Assembly (NCBI GenBank): GCA_973895155.1
Contig: OZ316893.1
Location: 13,098,359-13,162,358 of the forward strand
Direction of reading: 5' to 3'
Source of the DNA: Marsupella aquatica
Taxonomy: Eukaryota > Plantae > Marchantiophyta
Length of the DNA stretch: 64,000 nt
The notes beneath the pieces are model-generated. The model did not search any database and was not told where the DNA came from. It saw only the letters and a program-made list of their open reading frames with translations. The translations under genes and the position numbers were made by a program. The number at the start of each line of letters is the position of its first letter. Positions within the stretch are counted from its first letter, which is position 1. This document shows, piece by piece, positions 26,801-39,100 of this stretch.

Positions 26801-27606
26801 GCTACACCGTTCTAACACTTTGCTATTTTAACTTATTGAAAATTATGTAAAAATGATCTTATCATATCATATTTGAGTTTATTAAAGTAATCATTTGAAT
26901 TAAAGTATAGAAATGAATTTATTGTGAAGAAATATAGGCGCATCAATCTCGGACAGCGTGCGTCGTACAAGCCATAGAATTTATAAATTTAAGTAATGTA
27001 AGTAATAAATATCATGTCAGAAGCCTAATGTGCAGCACAACTACTGCAGCATAGTGGTGGTGGCCTTGTGTGGGATCTGGTGGGTTGGGGGTTCAAGCCC
27101 TGCAAGTAACAATTATTTTACATCAAGATTATTTTGAAGGGCAAAATTATATAAGAATTGTGGAAAGGAGGACAAGTGCAAAAAAGAAAAACAAAGGATT
27201 TTGAAATAACAAAAACATATAGGGGGTCTGAGATAAATTCAAAACTGATGGAATAACAAAGAAGACAGTCCTCATAGGCCAAATTAAAATTAAAATAATG
27301 ACAAAACAAAAATGAACTAGGAAGACTGAAACAAAAATTGTTACTTGTAGGACTCGAATCCCCAACACCAGATCCCACACAAGGCCACCACCACTGTGCT
27401 ACAATGGTTATGCGCTGCACATTAGGGTTCTGACATGATATTTATTAAGCTGTCCGAGATTGATGTGCCTCTATTTCTTCACAATAAATTCATTTATGTA
27501 CTTTAATTCAAATGATTTACTTTAATAAACTCAAATACTATATGATAAGATAATTTTTATATCATTTTCAGTCAGTTAAAATAACAAAGTGTTAGAATGG
27601 TGTAGC
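26801..27606. mobile_element. Foldback/MITE-like non-autonomous DNA transposon with ~270-310 bp inverted arms
   Basis: Left arm 26801-27114 is the reverse complement of right arm 27336-27606 (GCTACACCGTTCTAACACTTTG / CAAAGTGTTAGAATGGTGTAGC), around a ~220-bp AT-rich spacer. Possible TA TSD. Confidence 0.88.
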
Positions 27607-28925
27607 TATAATGTAAAAATCTCGAGAATATGGTGGGAATGTAGTAAAACCCAGAATTATGTATATATATGTATATGGAACCCTGAATTATGTATATGTA
27701 TGTATATGGAAGCCTGACAAAAGCACTAACAAACAACCTCCAGGAGAGTCGCACTTGAGCTTAAATAATTCTTTTGGCTGTAAACAGTCCAGGCAGTGTG
27801 TTCCAAACAGTGGGCTCGAGGCCTGTCTGTAGACGAGAGAATTTGGGTCCAGTAGTAGATTCTCTCCCACAGACGGTAGCGATCCTGTTGATGAGGAGCA
27901 TAATGAAGAACATGACGTAGCTTACGCTCTGCTCATGTGATGCTCCTCGAATCACGAGTCTGTTGATTTCCAAACTCTTTAGCGAACTCCAATCAGTACT
28001 GTCCTTCCTTCAAAAGAATGTTATCACTGCTTTCATTGTCAGTGAGTAGTCAGTGAGGGAGACAGTCATCCAGGATTTGCACGGGGAGCTCGTCCACGAT
28101 CCGATCGTGTCCTCGACATGATTTGAATACACCAGGTAGCCTGACGGTCCTGAAGAAGGTCGACCTATGGATCCTCTTCAGCTAAGCTCCCTTTTTGTAT
28201 GAAAATAGAGAAAAATCCCCAAAAGGAGAATTGCATGCTGTCCACTGTAGTGCAGACTGTAGTCCAACCGAATCCAGTCCAATCGAGTCTCGTCCACCAG
28301 GGCAGGGATTTACTGCCCCACAACTGGGCTGTCCTTCTCTGTCTTCGTCATTGAATGCTCAGCCAAGCGTAGCTACTAGCCTTCTTCCTCCAATCATCCC
28401 TTTGGAAAGGTCCGTCCGAGCCAACGAGCGAAGGGCAAAACCTTCACTGGGGCTGAAATCAGAGCTACACAGGGCGGTGGAGCAATTTCCCTTACTCACT
28501 GAGAAGAGAATGCTTTTGGAATTTGGGTTGTGACTCTCATATGTGCATGTCCGGCAGGTGGGGATCGGTTGGAGGCTGTAGCTAGAGGACGGTTCATTGG
28601 AGATTGTCGAGGAGTAGATTTTGGTGTTAGGTTGTACGTTGTGGCAATTTGTGTCTCACAGGAAAGATTGTAGGCTAGGTGCATGGCAGTCTCATTGGGA
28701 GTTGTTGGGAGTTGTTACTGCCACGAGGAGTCGTGAATTTGGATTGAGGGCCGTTGCGGGCGACATGGATAGATGGGAGTGCAGCATACTGAGAACCCGG
28801 CTTTAGTGTGGTCTTCGTTGAGATTTGAGCTGTTGTACGCCCTATAGATCTCCTTTATTATTTGGAGGGTTTTGTCTTGGCACGCCCCATACATTTTGTC
28901 TGTCGTTGGAGGTTGGTCTTTTGGA

Positions 28926-30280
28926 ATGAGGTGTCTCGGAATGGCGAGGTTGTTGAGAAGGGGCGGGGGTCCATCTCCCTCATTGAACAGAATTATTAGG
29001 AGGACTTGTGGGACTGATTCACATGAGGGCCTTAGCCCCGAGGAGGGGAGGGAGTATGGCGACGGTGAAAGAATCGAATATGGACGGCTTAGAGGCAAAA
29101 CAGCCCTCATCACGGGTGCTGGAAGTGGAATTGGAAGACAGGCAGCTCTGTTGTTTGCGCACGAAGGAGCTAATGTTGCGGTCGCTGATAGTAACTACGC
29201 GGCTGCTGCTCGCACTGTTGACGCCGTTAAGGTAAGTGATGCTCTGTTTTGGATTGGTTCCCAGCTAAGTTTATGATTTTTTGCTGAGAATTCGGTCTCT
29301 ATGTTCACTCCTCGTTCCATCCCAGCAGTCACTGTAAAAGCCCGCAAGGTGTCGTGCCTATATCTCTATCAGATCCTTGGGGGTAGGTATGCCTGTCTTT
29401 TGAACGAGGGCTTTTCATTCATTTAGATAACTTTTTCTTTCAGTGGTGGATTGAGATGCTTTTGTAGGGATATGGTTATCACGAAAGAAAGATATCGTTA
29501 TGGTCTTAACTGAAGTTCTTATAACTTGTACCAGCTCCTCCTAAATTTTTCTAAGCAATAGCGAAGATTGCGTTTTCTTGTACAGATCCTGATATCAATT
29601 CGCGCTGTTTGATGGATGGATGGATGGATGGATGGATGGATGGGAGTGACTTGCAGGAGTTCGGAGGGAATGGGGTTGCCGTGGGCGTAGATGTCGCTGT
29701 TGCAGCGGAGGTGCAAGCAATGGTGGACAAGGTGGAAAAGAAGTTCGGGGGTTTGCACATTATCTTCAACAATGCAGGTATCATGCACGATTCGGACGAT
29801 GACGTGACAAACACTCCTGACGAGGTCATTGACAAGACCTTTAACGTAAATGTTAAAGGTGTCATGTATGGCTGTCGGTATGGAATTCCTGCCATCAAGA
29901 GGTCAGGGGGAGGCTCAATTGTGAATACTGCATCATTTGTTGCCCTCATGGGTGCGGCAACTCCCCAAGTTGCTTATACTGCCAGCAAAGGGGCTGTTCT
30001 TGCTCTCACACGCGAGCTGGCCGTCATTCATGCGAGATCTGGTATTCGAGTCAATGCCCTCTGCCCTGGGCCACTGAGGACAGAGCTCCTGATGAAGTTC
30101 TTAGATACCGAAGAGAAGAAACAAAGGCGATTGGTTCATATTCCAATGGGTCGATTTGGTGAGGCCGCCGAAATGGCCAAAGCTGCACTCTTTTTGGCCT
30201 CCGACGATAGTTCCTTCATGACTGGAGCCAGTCTTGTGGTGGATGGGGGTATTACTTCTGCTTACGTCACTCCTGAATGA
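28926..30280 (+). CDS. Classical short-chain dehydrogenase/reductase with Arg-rich N-terminal extension; exons 28926-29231 and 29657-30280
   Basis: TGAGSGIG, NNAG, catalytic Ser (NTAS) and YTASK, IRVNALCPG, LFLASD...TG..LVVDGG. Phase-0 GT-AG intron. Confidence 0.95.
29610..29643. repeat. (GATG)n microsatellite in the SDR intron
   Basis: About 8 GATG units just upstream of the acceptor. Confidence 0.95.
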
Positions 30281-32088
30281 GCTCCACCACACGCCGGACT
30301 AATGGAAAATCGAGACACCAACCTGGATGGCAACCACTACGCAAGCAGTGGGGTGAATTGTGTACCTTACTGGAAGGGAAATCGTTTTCTTCTTGTCCCC
30401 AGGAGTTTTTTCTCTCCCTACAAACCAGAGTGGGTGGGGGAACGGATGTGATGAGTAGTGATTACAGATGCATTTTGTACATACTGTCAGAAAGAGGAAA
30501 TAGTTGGTAATAGTCAGCTTGGAAGTCCGAGTACTTTTAAGTGGATGTAGCAATCTGCCTGGTCCGATTTTTCATCTGAGTATACTGAAAAATGGGCATC
30601 ATTGTGAATTGTGTGAGCATCTTGAGAAACTTTTCAATTTATGTTTCGACAATTTCATTTGTGCTCAGGAAATTGGGCATAGAGGACTCTTTGGCCTCCT
30701 GCTCTGCAGGCATCATGGTGGTAACAAAGTAATCGAATTGCCAGTCGTGCATTTAATTCATTTTATATTATGAGAATGTTTGTGCCATGTCTGGAGAGAA
30801 AAGTTTGTTATCAGGATGGATCTTCTTTCGCCTTATTTCGAAGGCTATTGGGTATTATCACAGATCGATCTGATTTGTGTCTTGAGTCTGCGGTTCAAAC
30901 TACCACCCCATAAATAAGTGGGTGGTTCAGGCAATCCTGAAGTCCGCTTGACATCCAAGCTCGTGAAGTGATAGTGCTGGCTTATGGATCCTGATAGCGA
31001 GTTCTTAATGGTGAATACGACAGTTGTCATCTGGATTATTCAGTAGCTCAAGGCATGACTGTTGCTGTGAGAACTCTGCCGGGAGGGAGTCAATTCAGTG
31101 TCTCAGGCTGGTCTTTTTGAACGATGCAGAAGTGAACAATGAGAATCCTTTCGTGAGGCTCTTGACATAGTCATTCAAACGTCACCTTTGATGGGGCCAC
31201 TGAGTCGTCTGTGTCTGCATCCCTGTTAGCGAGTACAGAAAGCAGTTTTTGCCGCTGAGTCTGAGAAGTTCAAGCTATTGTCAGGGGACTGACTCAATTG
31301 TGCATACGCTAACCTGCGATAGTTCGCAAAGTACTTCCTTGAATTGAGCTCCCTAACATCGTTGTGTTTGCTTCACAATAGGATGCAAAGTTAGCAGAAA
31401 ATGAAAACTCGGATAAAGATCAAGAAATACAGTACTTGCTGATCGCTTTCAAGATTAATTGACAATCAGTGAACAAGAATCTTGCTTTGCCCTCGCAATT
31501 CGAAATATAAATATTGAAGAACATCTAATTCTACCATTCGTTCCCAGCTTCAGAGGCAGGAAACGAGAGTAATTCAATCATAACCTATAAAGCCCCATGA
31601 AACCGCCCTTGGCATTCTTCTGTTTTCTGTAGCACACAGTTGCCATAAGTCATAGGTTGTCAACATGGAATCGCTCCTCCCCAGATGCTTCCAAAGTGGG
31701 ATCCACTCCAATTATAGAGAGTTGATTTTCCAAGGAAGAACCCACCGCTCGTCCTCAAAAGCCACAGGATAGGCGTGATGGGGGAACCGGATACAGCAGC
31801 TTCTCAAGTTCAAGGCTGGACTATCCCGTCAACTTAGTTCTGGCCCTGCCCAGATTGTGAACTTAAGTAATTTAGTAGTACTTGTGACCAACTCTATAAA
31901 TATCTCTGAAAGCGCAGGACATGGCTCATGTCAAAATTCATTGACATGGCTCGTGTTGCTCAGTATTTCAATGGTCGGAAGCGTGTGTGACCGATTGGTG
32001 AATTACAGTATCATTCAAGAGTAGTATCTTCTCATCGAATTTAGAATGCTCTGGCCGCATTTACAAACGCATAGACAGAAAGACAATT

Positions 32089-33654
32089 TCATGACAACAT
32101 CCTTAACTGCTTCAGATCATTTTCCAATTCCTCAATCTTCGCGGCCCACTCAAGCTTGAAGACTAAAGGTGGCAAAGGACCTTGCTTCGTGTCGTCTTCG
32201 CTATCACTATCACTACTGTACCTTGCACCACCTGATCCACCTTTCCGCTTCTTTGGCTTTGATCTGCTGTCTCGCAGTGCTGCTGCTCGCTGTAATGCCT
32301 CAAAAACACTTTGTCCACTAAATTTTGTATCAGATTGATCATCTACAGCTTGTGATGAATCCACACTGGTGCTACTAGCCATGTTTCCTGCATCCCTCTC
32401 GATCACGGAAGTAGAGGAGTTTTGCACTGCACCTATTTTTGCCTTCTTATTGTTCCAAACTTCGTCTGCGTTTGCATTCGGTGTAGCCCTAAACTCCTGT
32501 GATGAATATTCATCACTTTTCATTTCTGTGGTACTTCCTTCTCTTGATGAAGGTTGCGACTTCCATACATCGCGAACCCCTGCCTGCTTCTTAAGACTAG
32601 GGTTCCCTTTGCTCACTCTGCCTCTCACACTGCTTGAAGACGAAGCACTTAATGGAGCCTTCATCCGTGCATCTTTGGAGGTAACAGCCGATCTGGTCTG
32701 TCTTTCAAGAGACTGCTTGTACTCATCCCCAGACCTTTCAGATAAAGAGACTTTCATCTTCTTACCGTGTAAGACTTGTTCCGAGAGATGCTGCAGGACG
32801 GCTTCAATGTCTGATTCAGGCTCCGCCTCACAAAAGCCATACCCTAGACACTGCCCTTCCCGGTCAGACAAGTACTTCCACCTTGTAACTTCTGGAACGG
32901 ATTGCATTACGAACTTGTACTCCTCCTCAGTCACCTGCTTTGCCAGATTTGTAACACAAATTAGGGTTGTACCACCCTCGCGAATTGGCCCATCTGATGA
33001 ACTTACTTTGCTAGGGCTGGTACCCTGGGTTACCTCAGTCGTTGGTGAAGCTGAGGATTTGACGACCTCGTGCCTTCTCCTTAGCTCAGCTTGTTTCCGT
33101 TGTGTGAGCAATTCACCTGCTACGTCATTCAGATTCCCTCGAGAGATGCGAGGTCTCTCATTCTCCAGCTGTGTTTTTAGAGCTGCGAGTCCTGCAAACC
33201 CGTCCTTGACAACCACCTGTCGAGTGGTTGAGGTACCCTCCGAGGAGCTCACTGGTGAATTAGTCCTGCTCTTGGCCTGTTTTTCACTCTTCCCCCTGGT
33301 TTGGACCTCACCAGAAGACTTGTTGGGCTCTCTGTCACGTTTACCTTGGGACGCAACCTCCTTCGATGCAATGACTCTCGGATTGGAAGCCTGGGAAACA
33401 ACAATGGCCTGCTTCTTCGGTCGCACGAACGCTTGTGAGAGTTGAATTTTAGTCTTTTGTGGCAACGACAACCAACCCACGCTGCTGCTACCGCTGCCAT
33501 ATGGTCGAATACCAATGGTTTGAGTCGTGTAGCTTCCTCTTCGCCATTCTGGTTCTGATGTGCCTTTGGATTCCCAAATCCAAGACGTGGACGGGAAAGA
33601 CCCTTGCCCTTTGCAACTACTAATAATGGCGCATCCAACACTAGATGCCACCAT
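32089..33654 (-). CDS. Intronless single-RRM RNA-binding protein, probably plastid-targeted (521 aa)
   Basis: RNP2-like LICVTNL and RNP1-like LGYGFCEA, followed by ...LHGKKMKVS. Ser-rich transit-like N-terminus. Long uninterrupted ORF. Confidence 0.82.
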   Translation of the reverse strand: MVASSVGCAIISSCKGQGSFPSTSWIWESKGTSEPEWRRGSYTTQTIGIRPYGSGSSSVGWLSLPQKTKIQLSQAFVRPKKQAIVVSQASNPRVIASKEVASQGKRDREPNKSSGEVQTRGKSEKQAKSRTNSPVSSSEGTSTTRQVVVKDGFAGLAALKTQLENERPRISRGNLNDVAGELLTQRKQAELRRRHEVVKSSASPTTEVTQGTSPSKVSSSDGPIREGGTTLICVTNLAKQVTEEEYKFVMQSVPEVTRWKYLSDREGQCLGYGFCEAEPESDIEAVLQHLSEQVLHGKKMKVSLSERSGDEYKQSLERQTRSAVTSKDARMKAPLSASSSSSVRGRVSKGNPSLKKQAGVRDVWKSQPSSREGSTTEMKSDEYSSQEFRATPNANADEVWNNKKAKIGAVQNSSTSVIERDAGNMASSTSVDSSQAVDDQSDTKFSGQSVFEALQRAAALRDSRSKPKKRKGGSGGARYSSDSDSEDDTKQGPLPPLVFKLEWAAKIEELENDLKQLRMLS

Positions 33655-33984
33655 GACTGACTGACGGACTCCCTCCCTCCCTCACTCTACATTACAAACT
33701 CAATCGAACACCAAAATTAATGCAGCAATTCACAGAGGCACGCGGGAAGGGCAGGGAATTGCCATTGTGCCCCAAAAGCAAGAATAAATTGCCGATTCAG
33801 GAGGGAGGCAACTGGATTCTGAAAGCCTTCTTCACGACACCCTAGCTGCCAACTGCAGAGCGCCAAAGCCGAATGGAAATTAACCATTCCCACGAACCCA
33901 ATCTAATCTAATCTGATCGACTCGTACCCAATTGACGAAAATACATCCTATCAACTCATGGAATTCGAAGCTTTGGCACGCGGA

Positions 33985-34175
33985 GTCTGAGCATCGTCAC
34001 AGAAATAGTCGAACCTCAGTCTGAGCATCGTCACAGAAATAGTCGAACCTCCAAGTTTGCAATTGAACATCAAGCAGCCCGACAACAATCCTCAAAAATC
34101 ATGGCAGGAAAAGCAATCATCCTCAAAAATCACGGCAGGAAAAGCAATCATCCTCAAAAGTCATGGCAGGAAAAG
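33985..34175. repeat. Two short tandem duplications upstream of the RRM gene
   Basis: GTCTGAGCATCGTCACAGAAATAGTCGAACCTC x2 and ATCCTCAAAAATCATGGCAGGAAAAG x3. Confidence 0.85.
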
Positions 34176-36120
34176 TATTGAAGGTGGCTGAATGACAGAG
34201 GTAAGATTCACCAGTGTGGGAATGGGGAGTTCAAGCCATGAAAGCTTTGGAATGACAGTTTGCTGATTTGATTTTGTTGGGTTGGCAACGATCTCCACCA
34301 TGAATAGAGGAATCTGCTGTGAAATCGTGGGCAGGACGCTTTCTCTTGGAGCTCCCGTCCCCTGCTCCCCTTTTTAACCAGGGGCGGGTTTCATGCAGCA
34401 GCATGCCACACTCGCTTTCCTCCCTACCCCCCCCCCCCCCCACTCTTGGTCCAAAAGCAAAAGTGCACAAGGATGTGCATGTGTGTGTCTCTGAGTCTAT
34501 CCAAGTGTCACCAGGGCTATCCTTCCAAGGGTGTGGGAGGGAAGGAGCTATATTGTGAACACTACCAAAGAGTGCCTGTTAAATCTAGGTCAACTTAATA
34601 CACTGAGTACACCATAACATAAACACATACATTATACTTATGATCTAAAAACCAAGTGATTTGAATAGCATGTGTCTTGATTTATGTTCTGGTTGTAAAT
34701 TTGACATAAATTTAATGCATGGTTTACCAAACTCCAGCGAGATCTTGATAAACGCAAAATCATGCAAACAAGTCCCCCAAGTTGCATCTGCTATAGGCAA
34801 AAGTGATAAAAATGGCCATCACACAAATTTTGATCCTTTTTACACTCAATATGCACAATTTTTTGTGTAAGTACATGAGTATGTTAATATATTGTATTGT
34901 ACATATAGAATATTAAATAGGTACAATGAGAGTTGGCTAAATCTTGTGATTTTTCCCTTTGTAGTTTTCAGGGCTTTATGGGAGCATAATGCCCTTGTCA
35001 TGATAGTATCATCTCTTTAGGAAGATTCTCATTTATTTTTACTAAAGTTAGAAAAAATAAAAATCTCTCAGGCCTTTAATGAAGTTTAGCCCCAGAAACA
35101 TCAAGCTTAAGCTGGCCGCTCGCATTTTTCAGGGCATATATCCCCATAAAATGCACTCTAACCAGTACATTATCCTATTCATAAAAGGTACAACCAAAGA
35201 CACAGATTAAAAGTACATATTACTACATCTCAAACCTGGAAGTTTGAGGAAAAAAACTCCCAAAACTACCAGTTCTGGTCACTGTTGAGGAATGTGCGGA
35301 AATACATTTTTGTGTCTGCCACTATTTTCTGGGAAATATATTTAATTTGTCAGTGACCATGACTGGAGGGCAGAAAGGAGAGATTTGAGACTCTCTACTA
35401 GATTTTAGCCCACATTTTTTTAATGATGAATCTGACACACATTGGAGTGACACATCTGACTGTTTTGGTTTGGGTGTCCATTGAATTTGCATCAGTAACT
35501 TCTCCTCCAAGTAAAGTGTCTTAAATAAGCAAAAGCTGGTTCTAGTTCTCTCGTTGCACTTGCACTGTTGGTGCACGAGCTTCACCTCTCGTTGTGAGTT
35601 CTCTCCTTCTCTCACCCAATCTGTGGAAGCTCGCGTTTTGATTCGTCTTTTCGGTTGCAATTACGGTAGTAGGTTGAAGCATTGTGTGTTGAGCAATTTG
35701 AGCTCTGTTAATTAAACACTCTGTCTCGTTCAAATTTCTTCTCTACCAGGTCGATTGGTTTTCTCTAGCTCCAAAATCTTAGTTTCATGTGCTCATACTC
35801 TGTCTCGGTTTCGTTCGCTACTTCCCGTTAGGTTTTGAGCATTTTGTCGAAACTCAGCTCAGAAATTTCGGCTTTATAAACGCTCTGTCTGTGATTTGGA
35901 GTATTCAGTGATCTTTGAATTTGGCGGACTGACATTGCTGCAATGGTGGCTTCTGCAGCTCAATTGAATGTCTCTGCGGCAATCGGGAGTCCCGATCTAA
36001 CCAGCAGCTGAGGAAAGTTAGGAATCCCGCCGAATTCTTCCCCTGTCCCGTTCGAATTTCTCCGTGCAGACGGACAGACGGACAACTCTTCGCTCGGGAA
36101 TTATGGGTGGGTTAGCCGCC

Positions 36121-39100
36121 ATGGCTGACGGAGTAAGAGGAGCGACGGCACTCATGACTCCCTCACAACCCCTCCAACGAGTGTCTGCCATGCCAACTGT
36201 GATGGCTCCATTCCAACCCAGAAAGCGAGTCGGGGCTCTGAAAATCATGTCCGTGATGGCACCGCCACAGCCCCAGCAACGAGCCCCTGCTTCAACCGGA
36301 GCTGTACGTTCCGGTCTCTGTAGATAATGCGTGAATGTCACTTTGTTGCGAGTTGAACTCGTATGACTGTTGCTAGCAATTGGGAATTATGCTGCAATAG
36401 CAGTATGTGACTCCGCCCTTAGTTTGGAGATAATGCTGGTGGTGGAAATCTTATTATGCTCTTTATGGGATTTTGACTTTTGGTTTGTGTAATTGAGATC
36501 CTTGCATGTTGACAAGAAATACATTTTATGGAATGCAGGTCAAGCATGCGATGACTGTGACCGAGAAGATTCTAGCGAAGGCATCTAACAAGGACAAACT
36601 AGCACCTGGGGAGAATGTGTGGGTTAATGTGGACACCCTTATGACCCATGATGTCTGTGGACCTGGAACCATCGGAATCTTCAAGAGAGAATTTGGAGCC
36701 AACGCGAAGGTGAAGATTTGTGCCGTCGTTGGAAGACATAGCCTGACTCGTTGATTGGGATTGCGTAGGGTTCTCTGATTCCGTTGAATGTGTTCGAGTG
36801 TTACAGCTCGCTATTTTGGCATTTTCTTACTCTGGGACATTTTTGTCACGGTTGGAAAGGAGAGTAGCTTCCCGCACTCCTGTAAATATATGGCATTAAA
36901 TGCGTGTTGGCCTGTTTCGGAACAAGGCCAAATCAGCCATTTTCGACATTCTAGAGCTCCGGATCGTGTTCCCATAATTGGTTGCAAGTTTTGCGCTTCT
37001 ATGGTGTCCAGAACTCTTGATTTCCCGAACTTCAGTTGCGAAGCCTGTACGCCGTTTCGAAAGAGCTAGAATGGCAATTGAAGTATTGACTTATTTGCGT
37101 GTACAATGCAGGTGTGGGACCGTGAAAAGATTATCTTAATTCCTGATCATTACATTTTTACCGAGGATGAGCGTGCAAACAGAAATGTGGATATACTTCG
37201 TGAATTTGCTCTTGAACAGGACATCAAGTACTTCTACGACATCAAAGACAGGGGCAACTTTAAGGTAGCCCAAATACGTTATCTCTTGTGTACGGGAATA
37301 TTAAATTATGTGCCCACAGTTTTGTCATGTTTTCTTTCATCTCTGGCGTTTAATGCTACGTACTGCCTTCCTTCCCGTGAGGCGGCATGTCTAACAGTCC
37401 ATCGTTGATGAAATGTTTGTGAGCTAGACGCTTTGACCAAACATATTAAGGGACGACTCCTTTGTCAATTGAATGACCATGAGATGTATATTCGTATTTG
37501 TAGGCAAATCCAGACTACAAAGGAGTGTGCCACGTCGCCTTAGCACAGGAGGGGCACTGTCGTCCTGGAGAGGTTATTATTCTGGCTTGACAGATTTCCG
37601 TCTACAAAGAGGCAACAAGTGATGAATTGAATGAAGGATCAACAAGAACATATGCCGTGTCCGAAAAGCCTGATCTCGATCTTGCAATGACTTCTCTTAT
37701 TGGTGAAGCTCATGTGTGCGTTAAGCTTTTTTACTGTAGCAAAGACACTTATTTCACCTATTGCTCCGGATGCAGGTTCTTTTTGGTACAGACTCGCACA
37801 CTTGCAATGCAGGTGCTTTTGGCCAGTTTGCAACAGGCATTGGGAACACTGATGCTGGATTCATCATGGGTACCGGCAAACTGCTTGTTAAGGTAGGCAT
37901 AAGAAACCAGATCTCAAAATTAGGAGATACATTACCGGTAATATATCGTCTATTGCGATCTGGGTGCAGATCTCCATGCAGTTTTCTCTGTTCCATACTG
38001 GTGTTTTGTGCGATACTGAACAAAAATTGCTATGATTCAGGTTCCCCCAACCTTGAGATTTAGGCTGGAAGGAGAACTTCCGAATTACCTGTTGGCCAAA
38101 GACCTCATTCTCCAGGTAAGTCTTTCAACTTTCCTTTTATCAGGTCCACATTCTTTTCATTTATCTGTGTCTCTTCTAGCTCGTACTTCAATAATACTAC
38201 AAGTGCGTTAAGATTACATTTGTCACTAAATGTTCTCACAGTGTTGCTTTCTGCCGCTCTGGACATATTACTCAACTTACCTGCCGGTACGTAATATGAT
38301 GTAGATGTTCTTAAATGTTCTTAGATAATTCAACTGACTGATTGATTGTCGATGCAGATAATTGGTGAAATTTCTGTTGCCGGAGCTACTTACAAAGCTA
38401 TGGAGTTCTGTGGCTCTACCATTGATTCTTTAACGGTATGACTTCCTTGAGACTGGGTTGGAAATTTGTATTTTTGAACCGGACAGCTAAGTTTCTGTGA
38501 CCGTGATCGCCAATACTTCCCAGAGTCTCCTTTGTGGCCCACATGACGTGTGTTACGAAATGAAGAATACTGTGGATGTCATTGTGAGTAAACTAACCCT
38601 CCTGTCGTTACTTACCTCAGATGGAAGACAGGATGACTATTTGCAATATGGTCGTGGAAGCTGGTGGTAAGAATGGAGTTGTGGCTGCAGACAAAATAAC
38701 ATTTGAGTACCTAGAGGTATATCCAACCTCGATTTAAATTAAACAAAGAGAGTCCAATGATGAAGTGATGTGTGGGAAACCTTGTGGTCAGTGCTGCTTT
38801 CTATTAACATGTTCGTCCTGCAGTCAAATTGACTCTAAAGATGTCTCTTTACATCTCTCCAGGGGAAGACCAGCGTTTCTTATGATCCCGTTTACTCAGA
38901 TGCATCTGCAAGGTTAGCGATCTCCATCCTCTCTTTGGATCATCCTGATTTATATGGTAACGTCTACTAAGGACATTAGTCGAGATCTTTACTTTGATGT
39001 TGTTTGACAATAGAAGCTGCTAGTGTAAGCACCAGGGTTCAACGTAGCTCTTAATTGTCTGGGTTGTTATGCTCATGTCAATTTTCAACGGCATGCTGTT

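Noticed and set aside
32369-33445. 358-aa plus-strand ORF
   Set aside because: Antisense shadow of the RRM gene.
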